Source: Tubiluchus corallicola (Eukaryota > Animalia > Priapulida). From it: 64,000 bases of DNA. Location of the stretch: NCBI GenBank assembly GCA_030141605.1, contig JAQGDQ010000203.1, forward strand, positions 62,001 to 126,000. Reading direction: 5' to 3'. The notes beneath the pieces are model-generated. The model made no database searches and was not told where the DNA came from. It saw only the letters and a program-made list of their open reading frames with translations. The position numbers and the translations under genes are program-made. Shown here piece by piece: positions 1 through 13,584 of this stretch. Within the stretch, counting starts at the first letter, position 1. The number at the start of each line of letters is the position of its first letter.

Positions 1-14
1 AACTATCTCAAATT

Positions 15-105
15 GTCTTGTCTTGCTCATCCCTGCCCTGCCCTGCCTTGCCCTATTATGTTCTGTCTTGACCTGACCTGTCCTGCTCTGTCTTTTCCTG
101 TCATG
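15..105. repeat. Degenerate pentamer microsatellite (CCTGY/CTTGT)n
   Basis: Runs such as ccctgccctgccctgcc and cttgtcttg; a similar tract recurs at ~1281-1355 on the other side of the LINE relic. Confidence 0.75.
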
Positions 106-149
106 TTCTATACTGTCTTCATTATGCTGATTGTTTACCTACCATACCC

Positions 150-1240
150 AACAAGTTTGGTTATGTGGAGAATTTGGGTACTGATCTGTGTATTAACATG
201 TTAAAAGAAGTAGTTGACTATTATATAAACCGTCAGAGCACGGTACATACATGTATAACGTTTTAGACGCCTCTAAAGTATTTGATGGAATTAATTATTT
301 CAATTTGTTTTGAAAACTCATTCAAATTGAGATGCCTAATGTTGTAGTTCTTTTAATTGGTTTTTATTACACCCATCGAGGTATGCTGGTAAGATGGGGC
401 CACTATAACTCAGAGATTTTTAAGGTTGGTAACGGTGTACGGCAGGGAGGAAAGATGTCTCCTCTCCTGTTTAACTTTTACTTTAGAGAACTTAGTGGAA
501 ATCTGGCCTCTACTAACCTTGGATGTCAAATTGCAGACATTTATTATAATCATTTGACATACGCTGACGATATTTGCCTGTTAAGTACCACAACACCTGC
601 TCTCATAAAATTATGTGATATATATATATATATATTGATTATGCAGCGAAATGTGATATATTAATTAATGTTGACAAAACAAAGCGTCTGTCTATAATGC
701 CGTCCAATATGAGCAACTTTGAGTTCATAATAGTTACGAAAGCTGGATCTGTTATTGAGCCTTCTCTAGGGATAACAGAGACGATTTAGATGTTATACGT
801 TAAGTAGGCAATTTATTATTCTAGAGCAAATAAGCTGTGCCGTAAATTTTACTCTTGCGCTAATGCTGTAAAACACGTCTGTTCAATTCTTATTGTAATA
901 GCTTCTACTGTATAGCCACCTGGCGACACTTTCACAATTGTAACTTTAACAAACTACAGGTTCCGCTTAATAACTCAATGCGCAAATTCTTCAACTATCA
1001 GTTCGATCATAGTGCCAGGGACCTTTCTGTGACACGTATGTTGGTCTACTTTGATGTTATTTACAGCATTTACAGCCAAAATACCAGACTTTTAATCAGT
1101 GAAACCGTTGTGTAAAACAATATTCGGTAGTGAAGCTTTATTTACTTGCAATGTAAGAAAGATTGGACAAAGAAACTGTACAGTTAATTTTTACATTGTT
1201 GATAATCATTGTTATAGTGTTTGAAGCCAATAAGAAATAT
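150..1240 (+). mobile_element. Decayed non-LTR retrotransposon RT fragment (RTE-X-like) in a HAL intron
   Basis: ORF 332-664 contains GVRQGGKMSPLLFN and YADD RT motifs; upstream LDASKVFD motif; many stops and frameshifts. Confidence 0.8.
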
Positions 1241-1403
1241 TTTTGCAATGTTGTTTTGTTTGTATGCTCGTACCGAATCATGTCCAGTCCAGTCCTGTCC
1301 TGCCCTGTCCTGCCCTGCCATGCCCTGCCCTCTCGTGCCCCGCCCTGTCCTGTCTTATCTAAGTTATTCTAATTTTTTATGCACACAGAAAATTTAATTG
1401 TAG

Positions 1404-2935
1404 TTTCTGAGAATAAAGTCCTATGTCATCCGTCTACTGTGGACAGCTTACCAACAAGCGCTGGTACAGAAGATCATGTCTCGATGGGAGGATGGGCAGC
1501 TAGAAAAGCTCTTCGTGTTGTCGAGCATGTGGAATATGGTATTATTTTTTGTTTTAAACTCCGGGCTTTTCCATTTCACAGTGAATACAAAATTCCCTAT
1601 CAAAGGAGAACTCACATAAATTACAGGTAGCAGTCACCTAAGTCATCTCATTGTTTCTGGGCAATAAATAAGTTGCAGAAATCTACTTCATTCATTGCAT
1701 TCTTTGCGCCAATTAGCTTTCAAAAGTGGATTAAATTTTGTTTTTAAGGTTACTTTTAAGCTCCACGTCAGGACTGGAGTGTCATTAGAGGAACTTGCAT
1801 TGGCCTTTGTCAAGGCAGTTATATCCCTGCTTTGGATATCCTATTTTTTAACTTTCTGAATAGAAATTGGTGTGAACACTCAAACCAAGATAGCTTAAGT
1901 TACACACGTAAGCACATAAAAAAATTTAAGGTTTAGTTTACTGTAACACACCGTTTGTTTATTCTGTTACAGCGCACTTGTATATTTTATATAGTACTGG
2001 CCATTGAGCTGTTGTGCGCCTGCCAAGCCATTGAGTTCTTGAGACCACTGAGAACAACACAGCCGCTTGAAGAAGTATACAGAATCACTCGGCTAGTTGT
2101 CAAGTAAGTTAAGACCATACAATGCTGTATGCTGTCTACTTAGTTAGTTAGTAAAATTCTGTATTGTTTTAAATTATCAGATGAACATACGAAAATGTAC
2201 TAACAAAGATGAGTCGTCAGCTATGCAAAATTCAATAGTAAAATGTGCCAAAGTGAAATGGTGTCAAAATGGCCAATTGAAAATTAGCTTGCGAGGCTTC
2301 TTTAAGGTTTGGAATAGCGCTGGTTTAAGCATATAAAATAATGTGCATTTTTACTTAAACTGATTTGTAACTGTAATTATGTCTGTTATTTGAACAATAT
2401 CATCGACTAACCAGGAATTATGTTGGTATGCTGCTTCGTGACGGACCTGTAGTTCTAATTTGACGGATGACTAGTATCATTCACTGCTACTGTAAACAGG
2501 GCGACTTAACTTAAATATCTTAGCAAATGCACTTTATAACCTTACTGATAACTATACTACTAATTATAATCACTAGATACATTGCCGTAACAAATTTACT
2601 TTTATATTTCAGACCTTGGGATAAAGACAGGTTTATGTCACCTGATATAGAAGCAGCTGTCAAAATTTTACAGGAGGAAAAGGTGACAAATGTTCGTGTG
2701 TTGTTTGATAAATCACCAAAGTACGATTAGGAGCTTTTATAGTTATAGATGTGTACATTTAAGCAGCAAATTATAATGTCATTAACGATGTTTTGTTTTT
2801 ATATAGATTTGGGATGCGGTTAAAGCCATGATGGATCAATATCATATTGAACAAACTATAGATACTTACGTGCTATCACCTACTGCAAGTACTTTAGCAG
2901 ATGGTCCTCGAAAACGCAAGCGACCAAAAACGTAA
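1404..2935 (+). CDS. HAL: Histidine ammonia-lyase, last four exons (5' part lies outside the window)
   Basis: Exons 1404-1538, 1995-2103, 2613-2682, 2807-2935 with GT-AG ends and consistent phases. They translate to [37 protein letters not shown]...[19 protein letters not shown]...[15 protein letters not shown]...IWDAVK...RKRKRPKT*, matching the animal HAL C-terminus. Confidence 0.95.
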
Positions 2936-4333
2936 ACAGCTTAATGTTAACTTATAAAGCGGCAACAAATACTAAAGTACCTCATTCTACCTCCTCAGAG
3001 AAAATCGCCTACTTAAGTAAAAAATGTGTACAACAGTTGTATAACTGATCTTTTGAATAGAACTATATAAGTTAATATATGAAAGTAAATACACTATTAT
3101 TAGTGCCCTAGGCTCCACTTAATTGTTATATCATCATTAAATGCTTTTTGCCAGCTAGGAAGTGATAAGTATCTACATAAAGTAACTATTTTCAGAAAAA
3201 ACCAGCACAAACTACACAATTCTGGATAAAAGATCAAAACAAAACATATATCCGTAAATCTATTATTGGTCTGTTATAGTTTGGCTGTAGACTTATATAG
3301 ACGTTTTTCAAAAACTTTGAAGAATGCAATTAAACGAAAATACATGGGCCTAGACATTTAGCGAAGGTGGATATAGAAGAACTGTATTTTAAAATCGTAT
3401 GATGCGTGTAAAAGTATCTTAGTGTTGATCCTAAAGTAGTACATTATTTTTTGTGCACCCTGTTTTACAGAAGAAGCTTCTCCGATCATTTTTGAAACAA
3501 CGACAAACGTTGGAAGTAAGAGATGTGTACGACATAGATGGTAGGCTGTGCATCATTACACAAAGCCTACAAAACAATGCTCGCGTTGATTAAAGTGGGA
3601 AAGTGATTAAAATTATTTTGATTGAATATCATTTCTAGTTTTCTTATAAAACGACATTTTAATAAACTACTGGTGCTAAACTTTATAAGAATATTTTTGC
3701 CTTTTGTGTTGTATCAAGTTTCAGTTTACTTTTTTTGCAATGTTAATTGTAATTGATGCGGACAGTTTTGACAACACCAAACCCTACGTAGAATGGCTTT
3801 TAACCTAAAAACATAGCCTACATCACGGCAATAATTTTCAACTAATTTCAGTTAATTAATCTGAGATTAGTGTAACCCTAGTAATGCATGACTAATCAAC
3901 GATCGTGTACGACACCTTGGGTGTTTCTTCAATAAAATTTCTCAATACATGCTTTAGTAATTTATCTAATTTGTCATTTGAAGATGATGTCACTATGAGA
4001 AGGTGTCATAGTTGACAGTGATCTAAAAATTTAATTGACACCTTGTATGACTACACCCGAACATTAGCGCTGCCTAGCTGCCGGACTGTTTGAAAACTTG
4101 TTGAGCTTGCTTCGTGGTTTATTGAATTAATTTATACACTAGGAAGAACAATAACGCATTAGAAGAAAACCGGATATATGATTACTGCTAGTGATGTTTA
4201 TGTTATGTGAATCTAGAGCAAATCTAAATTTGTTCTTCATCAGAGAACAAGTGTGGATACCTGAAGTTCATGGGTGTGAAGGGTATCAGATTGAAAAGAT
4301 TTTGCTGCTAAACAGAGGAAATAGCAAATATCA

Positions 4334-7300
4334 ATGGGAATGAACGACCTCCATGCGATGAAAATAAAAGTATTGCTAATAATGGCACTGCTTGTGGTAA
4401 GTTATTTTGCAATAATTGTTCATAACGTTATGTTACAATGTGCCCTTTACGTTACTATTAGAATAAAAACATTTTTAACTGAAGTAACTATATACGTGTA
4501 AGGAATATTATAAAGCTGTTCCTAGTCAAGCCGACCGAGATGCAGAGGTTGGCAAAGTTCAGTGTTATTATTATTTGTTATTATTTATTATTACATTAGT
4601 GTTATTATGTACCTTATAATTGCAACACAATTTCTACAGTGAAATAATCATATTAATGTGAGCTTTTGCATATTAAAGATTTGCATATTAAAATCATGTG
4701 ACGGTTATTAATATCTAAATTCCGGTTGTAAATCTAGATTTTTAATTTTAAATATTATTAACTTTAAATAATATAATTTAAATATATTAAAAGAGGATCC
4801 GTTCACTGAGGCTTCCCACCAGCTCATCAGTTTTGCTCATCAGAACAATTTAAACAATTTCTTTCTTTTCTGCGTTGCAATTAGACAGTCGAATTTTAAC
4901 TCTTGTAAACAAAATTATTCTAACTTTTGAGAATAACGAGCACGTTCTTTGTTTGTTTATAACCTCACCAAAGCGTTCGATGCTGTCGACCACAAAATTT
5001 GCAAATTATATATTATCTGCGGAGTTCTTCAAAGATGGATTTTGGAACCACTTTTAGTTTTTGATTTATATTAACGATTTAAGTAATGTGTCGAACAAAT
5101 TATTCTCTATTATGTTTGCTGATGTTGTAAGTTTTATTGTATGGGAATTTTATTCCCTTACCTCTGTAATACGGGAAACGCTGAACTTCACCTAATATTC
5201 AAGTGGTTCAAGGCCAACAGATTGAGTTTAAATATTAAGAAAACTAATTTTATAATATTTTTACTGCAAAAAATAAAAGGTGTGTTGGAACTGACTGCAA
5301 AATAAGTATTAACAAAAACTTTGTTGACCAATTAAATGTACATTACATTTTTGGGCGTCATCTCAGACGAAAAATTCTCATGGAAAGGCATACAAACTAT
5401 ATTTGCTCTAAATTTAGCAAGGTTGTTGGTATAGTAAAAAATGTAGCAACATTTAAAAAAATGGACTTTATTATATTTTCGCATATCCATAATTACTTTG
5501 ATTATTGTTGTACTATCTAGAATAACACTTGCTTGGATTTCGTTAGATAGATTAATATATATACGAAAAAAGCTCGTTAGATCACTGTCGCTACTGATAG
5601 AACTCGCACTAGTAAATTATTTAAGTATTTAACAATATTGAAAGTGAACGATGTTTCTGGCACGAGACCCAGTTGTTTTGTATATGGGTACATTAATAAT
5701 TTGTCATCAGATGTATATGAATCTAATATCTGAATGTCTGTTTTTAATAATAACGTTCATACTTACGTAACCAGACAACATAAAAAAATTCACGTTCCTA
5801 AATGCAAAGCTAATGTCATGAAACACTCTATTAAATATCAAGGACTTGCTTTGTGAAACAGTCTTCCTTAATCAAGTAAGGATAGCAAATTCTCCATGTC
5901 CTAATTAAGAAATATTACTTTTGATGCTATTGCTTAATATTGCTCATTAACTTTGTTCTGGTAACTTTGCCAATGTTTTGCTTCGATATATCGTGCATGA
6001 ATGATGTATTTAATTGGGATGCCTTCATGCCTAATATTTTCTCATTAAATGTGATTATAATATATTATAATTATTATTGTTACATAGTATCATGTTGGAT
6101 TTGCACAATCAATAGACAAGTGTGAATACAGAATCTCACAAGAATCAACAGTGGCAGGGCCCCTACCCCCGTAGACTACCCCTGCTGCGAAGCTACTATC
6201 TGGAAAAAAGGACGTGACAAGGCATTTTAACATATCTAGTATTTATGTGATTTGAAACGCTCAAATAATAATAAATAAAAATTACACTCAATAAAATCAG
6301 CCAATTTTGTCGCCTTGAAGGCTGTAAGCAAAAGGTCGTAGGTTTAGTGATTTGATAGTAAGAAAAGACCGGCTGCAACACATCTATGATAACAGTCATG
6401 GGCGCCGCCAGAGGTTAAAAAATTGGAGCTAAGGGGTCAGGGGCATCAACGCATTTTCCTGTATTTAAGGACATTTTGAAGGCTTCTGATGAGATCTAAA
6501 TTCTGGTACATAGACTTCGTCAAACGTGAAAAATTCTGCCTTAATAAATGTATTTTACCTACATTTACCTACGTAATATTCATTGTATTCTATTGTAGTA
6601 GTCATGTATCTTAAAAGCAAATTCGTAATGCACTGCAATGCGGATGACCCATTACTTAAGCTTAATTTATTTAGTTTCAAGATTATCTATCCAGCAAAAT
6701 GTGGATAATCAGACATAAAACTGATACGAGACTGTTAAGTTTACAGCCCACCAACTGTTCATACAAAATTTAGTATGTTTGCGTGCGTGCTAAATGTAAT
6801 TTTACTGCATTATAGACCATTTTGCGATTGCTAGAAGCTATTTCCTCGGGCAAGTTCACCTCAAACTCGTGACTCATAGTTTCACTACTACCGTGAAAGG
6901 GGACCCAGGCCCCTTAGGCCCACTCCCTAAATGCAGAAGTGCAATTACAGTTAGCTAACAACTGTCTAGACAACGGAAATCGATAGAAAATCGACATTAC
7001 GTAAGTGATATACAGAAACATGACTTCACTATGCAAATCAGCTGACGGCTCGGTGATTGAGCAAACAAACAAGGGTTGATGTGTGTCTTGGTTTACTGCT
7101 AAAAAAACTTTATTTAGTCACAAAAAATTCTCAAGAAATTCTGTGGCCTGCCGGCGCCCGTGGTAACAGAAAAGAAAAATTTGTTTAACTTCATGTATTT
7201 AACACAATAGTTGAGATGTTAGAGCACAAATATGGGTGTAATAATAGGTGGACATAAAGTTGTTGTTCTAAACTAAAATTAGTACCCTTAGAAACAAGCG

Positions 7301-7573
7301 ATCCCGACGAAGCCTGGGTCGAAGAGATTTTATTCAAAAAATATTTGCAAGAAGTTTTAATGATTTCGTATTTCATTGTATTTTCAGGTTGGATGCCAAG
7401 CTGCCGGATACGGAAAACCAAGTTTTCAAAAATATGTTTTCTTCCGACGTCACACACTTCCATTTGAAGACTTTAACGACTCCACCTACACGGATCATTA
7501 TCTTCCATATGGAGGGCCGTCGTATCTGTTCAAATCCACATCTTTCGGTGGAGGTGGCTACGGAAGGCGTTAG
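4334..7573 (+). CDS. Candidate two-exon orphan gene: small secreted Gly/Tyr/Phe-rich peptide precursor (82 aa, or 74 aa from MKIK)
   Basis: Exon 4334-4396 (MGMNDLHAMKIKVLLIMALLV, donor GTG|gtaagt, phase 0) joins exon 7388-7573 (acceptor ttttcag|; VGCQAAGYGK...SFGGGGYGRR*). Splicing creates a continuous signal peptide; in-frame TAG upstream at 4322-4324; AATAAA at 7648-7653. Confidence 0.7.
4780..5930 (+). mobile_element. Decayed CR1/L2-group LINE RT fragment
   Basis: Broken motifs LTKAFDAVDH (~4963), MFADV (~5112), WFKANRLSLNIKKTNF (~5203), FLGVI-DEK (~5349). Confidence 0.75.
6397..7162. mobile_element. Non-autonomous hAT-like element (MITE)
   Basis: Inverted termini catgggcgccgcca / tgccggcgcccgtg; flanks ataacagt and gtaacaga are a 6/8 match to an 8-bp target-site duplication. 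Confidence 0.55.
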
Positions 7574-8352
7574 CAGATGACAGGAACTTTTATTTTATAT
7601 CCATGAATACATCAGCGACATTGTGATACAAAACGCTTCACTCTCGGAATAAAATTACACTATCATCTTATAGTAGCAATAACTGTGCAGGATAATACTT
7701 ATTCTTATTAATCATATCAGCTTCTGTTCTTACGTTATTTACAATATTCTTAAGTGTGTTTGTTAAACTCAAATTAGGCCTATCTACAGATCAAAGTTCA
7801 TTTCAATTTCAGGCCCATTTTCATCATATTTTTACAGTTGTATCATGATATAATAAATAGTACACACTACTAGTATTTTCATTATGTATTTGATTTCAGA
7901 CTTTTATAGTCCATAAGATAATTAGTCAGTAGTCTTTAGTCATTTATTTCACATAACACATTTATGACAATTATTCCATGTGAGCACAATGAGTGTAGTA
8001 GACAAAAATTCTGGATGTTTTTACTTTTCCTTTTTTACATTGCGGCTTTGGAAAATTAAGAACCTCTATGTAAAGAATTGCAAGTAAAAATTCACAGAGT
8101 TAACATAGTCTACAGAGAACATAGCGAGCTTATTTACAAAAAGATGTTAATTAAAATGAGTATATAAAATTCTTTGCCACGGGCATAAAATGTTTATTCT
8201 ATTCCATCATTATTGTGTAACAGGTTATTAATAAGAGTATTTTGGTTCAAAAACAGAGAACAGAATGTAGCTTTCTTGGACGTGTGCACAAGAAGCTAGG
8301 TACATTTCACCTACATCATTATTAAAAAGAAAGGGTTTTTAGTAAGTTTCCT

Positions 8353-8575
<223 letters not shown>

Positions 8576-9716
8576 TATAGAATATTTTTAATGTATTTTA
8601 CATGATGATCAAATGCATCTTACAAATAACAGATTATCAAAATTACTAAAAAAATACTTCATAAGATATTTAAGACAATAGCACATTGATTGGTTAAAAG
8701 TACATTGAATATGACAAAAAACAAAAATTATTAAAAGCACTGAAAATTTAGCAAAATAATAAAAGCAATGCCATAAAACAGACACAATCGTAAAAAATAC
8801 AAGATTAGCTCAACCACAGAAGGCTTCATTAAAATAGTAAGTTTTTAGATTTTTTTAAATTATCAATTGACTTGACCACGCGTAACAGTAGAGCCAACGA
8901 ATTCCGCAATTTGGGGGCAGCAGAAGTGAATGATTTATCACAGCATGTGACTAGTCTGGTACGTGGTACTTCAAGATTACTTCTGATTGAGCTAGATCTT
9001 AATGCTCTGCGAGGGACATATAGTATAAGAAGGTCTGATATGTAAGTAGGAGCCAGATCATTGATTGCTTTGTAAGTTATCAAATTTATTTTAAATTTAA
9101 TTCTGTACTCAATAGGCAACCAGTGCAGTTCTCTGAGCATTGGATTGATATAGTCAAATTTCCGACAGTGAGTGATTAACCTAGCAGCTGAATTGTGTAC
9201 GTGTTGAAGCTTTTGAATTTGGTAGACAGGACGACCATATAATAAACTATTACAGTAATCCGGTCGGGAATTAACAAAAGCATGCACCAGGATTACACAA
9301 GTATCTTTCATGAGAAATGTTCCAATTTTTGATATATTTTGCAGACAAAAATATGAAGATGTATAAACACTGTTAACGTGAAAGGCCATCGATAGACAAT
9401 CGTCCATAATAACACCAAGGTTCCTAACATTACTATATATCTCGATACGATTATTGCCAACCACAATGGAGAACTGACTAATTTTTGAAAGTTGATGCCG
9501 AGTTCCAAAAATAATAATAACATCCATTTTGTCATCATTTAATAATAGTTTTAGAAAATTATTTGACATCCAAACACGGATTTCAGATACACAGTTTTTC
9601 AGAATTTCCCATGAGTTACTATAATCCGAATTGTTGGTTTCTATTGCAAGATATAACTGAGTGTCGTCTGCATAAAAATGGAATGCAACACCATGGGACC
9701 TAAGAATATCACTCAA
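8576..9716 (-). mobile_element. 5'-truncated L2-like LINE (C-terminal RT region plus 3' UTR)
   Basis: ORF 8829-9716: FHFYADDTQLY, WMSNNFLKL, VRNLGVIMD, HAFVNSRPDYCNSLLYG, LHWLPIEYRIKFKI, all typical of L2-clade ORF2. Confidence 0.9.
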
Positions 9717-10874
9717 GGAATTATCAGGACAGTAATGCTTCCATGTCTATGTTAATGAATTTCCTAGATGTCTTAGCTAAAAGCCAAAACTATGGGTAGA
9801 CAATGTAAAAACCTACAAGACCATACATGCACCTACATACAGGTATTGCTTCGATCATCAAAATACTGCTTACCAAACCTACTGACAAAAAAACAACAAG
9901 GCATTCTGTGCTTCGTATAAGATCTAGCAAAATACTTACTGGGTGGTGGATTTTTATCGCCAAATTATCATTTATTTTAGGATTGGAGCCATACTTAATT
10001 GAATTTCCTGTGTTAATCACATATAGAGTTGGGAGACTTGATTCTTGTGTTTGTTTACAAAGGCTTTATTCTTTTCCAAAAATCCGATTCTTCGGGTCGC
10101 TGCCGTACATCTTGTTGAAGTACGCATTAACAGTTTGTTTTGCTCCACTTGTAAATGATGTTTCAGCCAACTTGAGCCAAGACTAGTACACCTGCTAGGG
10201 AATCTCTTGTAATGATTTAATAAAATTAACAAGTTTAAAGTTTTTGTTCTTTATATCATAACTGTATGTTAATATATGGCTATCAAAATTAATAAAGAAT
10301 AATTAAGTTAAGTCAACCTAGCTCCGTACATGAAACCAGGAGCACGTGGTGATTCCATTATGTAAAGTAAAATTACAAGCAGCCAATCTGGCCTTATCTC
10401 GTTTTACTGTATTCCTTTATAATTCACCGAATCATTTACTTTATAATTTATCGAAAGCGGGTGTGAGCGGCTGGGGCAGCGAAGACGTTATCGAAGTGGT
10501 ACTACAAGAAAATTAAACTGAATCAACGCCTGGCGCTGTAGTCATACGTTCAATTCGTTTCAAGATTGTGTATTTTCAGAGAGAGGAGAAACTTTGAGCA
10601 GACTTGTTTGCTCGTTTTTTTCGATTAATTTACTTTTAGCTTGTACGTAGAATTTTGCAGATAACCAAAGTTGTAGTGAGTTAGACTGGCAGGTAGAATC
10701 TTAATCATTGTAACCATTGTTTGTATTAAAATTGAAACTAAAATAGTAAAAATTTATTCAATCTTAAACATCATGTACCAGACCTGTATCGTCGTGTTCT
10801 GTAAATAAGTCTAATCGTAATAGTAACCTATGACAATTTTTATGATTAAACATTCAAAGTTTCAAACCATGTGT

Positions 10875-11551
10875 GGCGCTATTACACTTTCGCACCGCCT
10901 AGCTTTTCCTGGCCTATTGGTTCTTTTCACGCCTGCAGGCCAGAAAGCAGACCAACAGGCGTAATATACACCATATTCCCATAATATTATTGCTTCTTAC
11001 GCTTTATAAGTCCAGATTAAAATCATACATTACTTACCGCCGCCATTACGCAAAAAGCTCCACGTGAATAACCGTGTTTGTGTAAATGCGCAATCGCTCT
11101 CGCGCAGTGACGTATGTGGCCCTTAACCTGTATTTTTAGTTTCTTTGCATAATTTATGATTATTATGGTTGCAGCCACGGGAGTTTGTATCGTATTACAG
11201 TGTTCCCACATATTAGATTATAAAAGTAAAGGTTTTTTCTTTATTTCGTAAATGCGGTGAAGATAAAAGTGTGTCACGTGCCTTTTAAGCTAGGCCCTGA
11301 TAATGCTTAAACTAGTACGAAATTCGTCACGTGACTACACACACAAACAAGATGGCGATATGCCCTGTATAGGTGTAGAACTGTGAATACAGCGTAATTA
11401 TTGGTAATTATACCTAAATATATGATTAAATTACAATTAGATTAGCGGAAACATTCACTGATGAAGTAAGAATAATAGAATGATGACGTACGAGCCTAGA
11501 AACGAGTAATAACCTAGAAAAAGCTAGGCGATGCGAAAGTGTAATAGCGCC
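10875..11551. mobile_element. Non-autonomous DNA transposon (MITE, 677 bp) with ~30-bp TIRs and perfect 8-bp TSD
   Basis: Left end ggcgctattacactttcgcaccgcctagctttt; right end aaaagctaggcgatgcgaaagtgtaatagcgcc; ccatgtgt duplicated at 10867-10874 and 11552-11559. Confidence 0.9.
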
Positions 11552-12104
11552 CCATGTGTTTAGACGGTCGTCCATATTTTATTTCTTGATTGGAAGTTTA
11601 GTTATAGGCTGCCCGTGTTTGATAGTATCTTGATTTGTTCGCACTTGCAAACGTATCTTTATTGCAATTGTGTATAAAATTTTAGTTTGCGATACTTGTA
11701 GACTCTCGTTTTTCATCTAAACTAAACTAAACATCACTATACACTTCTATGAGCAATGAGTTTTCAAAACTTCAGGGCTTTTATGAAAAAGCTCTTGTAG
11801 GCTAGTGATTATTTTGCCCACAAATCAGTACCTGAATGACTGATTCGTAATGCTTCAGATTTAACGCAGTAGAAAAACTGGCAATGAATTCGGTACTTGA
11901 AATATTTGGTAAAGACGAAATTACAGCAAAAATTATGTGAATTTAAGGTTGTTTAGGTGCCTACTACCAAATTTCTGCATTGGGCAACATAAATAAGGTC
12001 CCACTTATAGGCTTACATACAGCAGTTTTCCACTCCATTGGCTGCAAAGGAAATTCGCACAGTTTTTTCCTGTAGCTTGTTTAATATAAAATGGTTTTTA
12101 CAGA

Positions 12105-12153
12105 AGGAGAGAGAGAGAGAGAGAGTGAAAGAGAGGAGGGGGAGAGAAGGGAG
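12105..12153. repeat. (GA)n microsatellite
   Basis: gagagagagagagagag with a purine-rich continuation. Confidence 0.8.
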
Positions 12154-12509
12154 ATTGTTATTATTAAATCTAATTTATTCTTAAAGTATGAGATTTAATA
12201 ATAATAAATATCTCTCCTCTCTTTCTCCATGCATCCAGAGAGAGAGCATGTGTGACACGTAGATAAACATTCAAACAGAAAGACGACAGACGGATAGCCA
12301 GGTAAATTGTTCTGTAAAAGTATAAATGGAGGAAATAGATGCATAGATAGACAGACAGACAGACAAATGATGGATACATAGAATTCTGCTTTTGTAAGCA
12401 ATTTTTCCAAAAAATTGTGCAAAGTATATTGCATTAAATCCTAAAAGCAATTAACAGCTTATTGTCAACAAGTTTTCCCCTTTTAAAAAAAGTTTTTCCG
12501 TTTTGTCTG

Positions 12510-13030
12510 TCATTGTGCGCCCAATAAACATGTGGCGCATACAGGAAAAATTTTGCCTGTCAGTCTGGCTAATAGTTGCAACAAGACCATTGCTAATGAT
12601 GTGATAACAAAGCCCACTTCTGATTGGTTGCATACAAAAAATCCTACTTCCCTACTTTGTAGGAAAAAAGATTGCTCAGATGTTCATCTGCGCAGCTGGT
12701 GATTTTTCCACACGGTTTGTCACATTTACTGTGATGGGATTCTGTGAGGCTGCATACCTACAAAAGATGCTTGATGGTTTATGTAGCTTACAGAATTCAG
12801 TTTTAGCTTGTTAAAGAATCAATGGTTGCTCCAAAGTGACTCAGAACCAATCTTACCATTGCTGAGCAGGTGACCTAAGGTAGTTTGTGTGTATTCGCTG
12901 TGAATTCCACTCGTTTTATTTCGTTTGATTCCATTTTAATTTAGTTCAGGTTCTTGTTTTCCACATGTGCCGCTGAGCGCAGCGAGTGCAATGCAAATGG
13001 CGTCGCTTGTAGTTTTCCATGTAGGTAGCA
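12510..13030 (+). promoter_or_regulatory. Putative promoter and non-coding first exon(s) upstream of SNF8
   Basis: CCAAT (~12521) and ATTGG (~12624) boxes, acttcc ETS-like site, AAATGGCG YY1-like site at 12995-13002, local CpG enrichment, and candidate donors aag|gtagtt (12880) and cat|gtaggt (13021). Confidence 0.45.
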
Positions 13031-13584
13031 CAATAATAATAATAGCTTATCTACATCTAGTTTACTTAGTAACAGTTTTTGGCATTTTCATTTAGGCTTT
13101 GCTTTTACATTACTTCATAAATGTTTTAGTGGTAATGTTTTGATGCTTATCTGGGCTTAGTGTGCACAATTTTTTTTGCGCTGACAGTAAAATTTTTATA
13201 CACACAGCTTTAAGGAAACACTGGTGCTTAACCGTTTATCTCCTTCATGGCTGTTTGTAGCAGCTGGTATAAATTTTAAACTGAAATAGCACTGGTAGCA
13301 TCAACATTGTATAAACGTAGTTTGTTATTCACAACAGTTATATGAGGATCAACCTGCCAAAAAATGGGAAAATGCACAAAATTTATTTATAGACTGAGAA
13401 AAGCAGCCATAATTTTATAACTGTTGATAATATCACTTACATGATTGGCACATGCTCTGGATTAGACTATTTACCTTACGTAAACAGCCTGTTTTTAGCT
13501 CTAAGCTTTGTGGGTGTAACTAATACATGGAATACTTTTTAAATCCGTATCAAAAATCCTTTATATTTCCCTTTAAGGCTCATA

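Noticed and set aside
9720-10260. Short ORFs upstream of the L2 fragment
   Set aside because: No recognisable motif or consistent splice structure; probably another decayed repeat.
12681-12815. 44-aa ORF (MFICAAGDF...) in the putative SNF8 leader region
   Set aside because: No recognisable homology, and it is unknown whether it lies inside the transcript.
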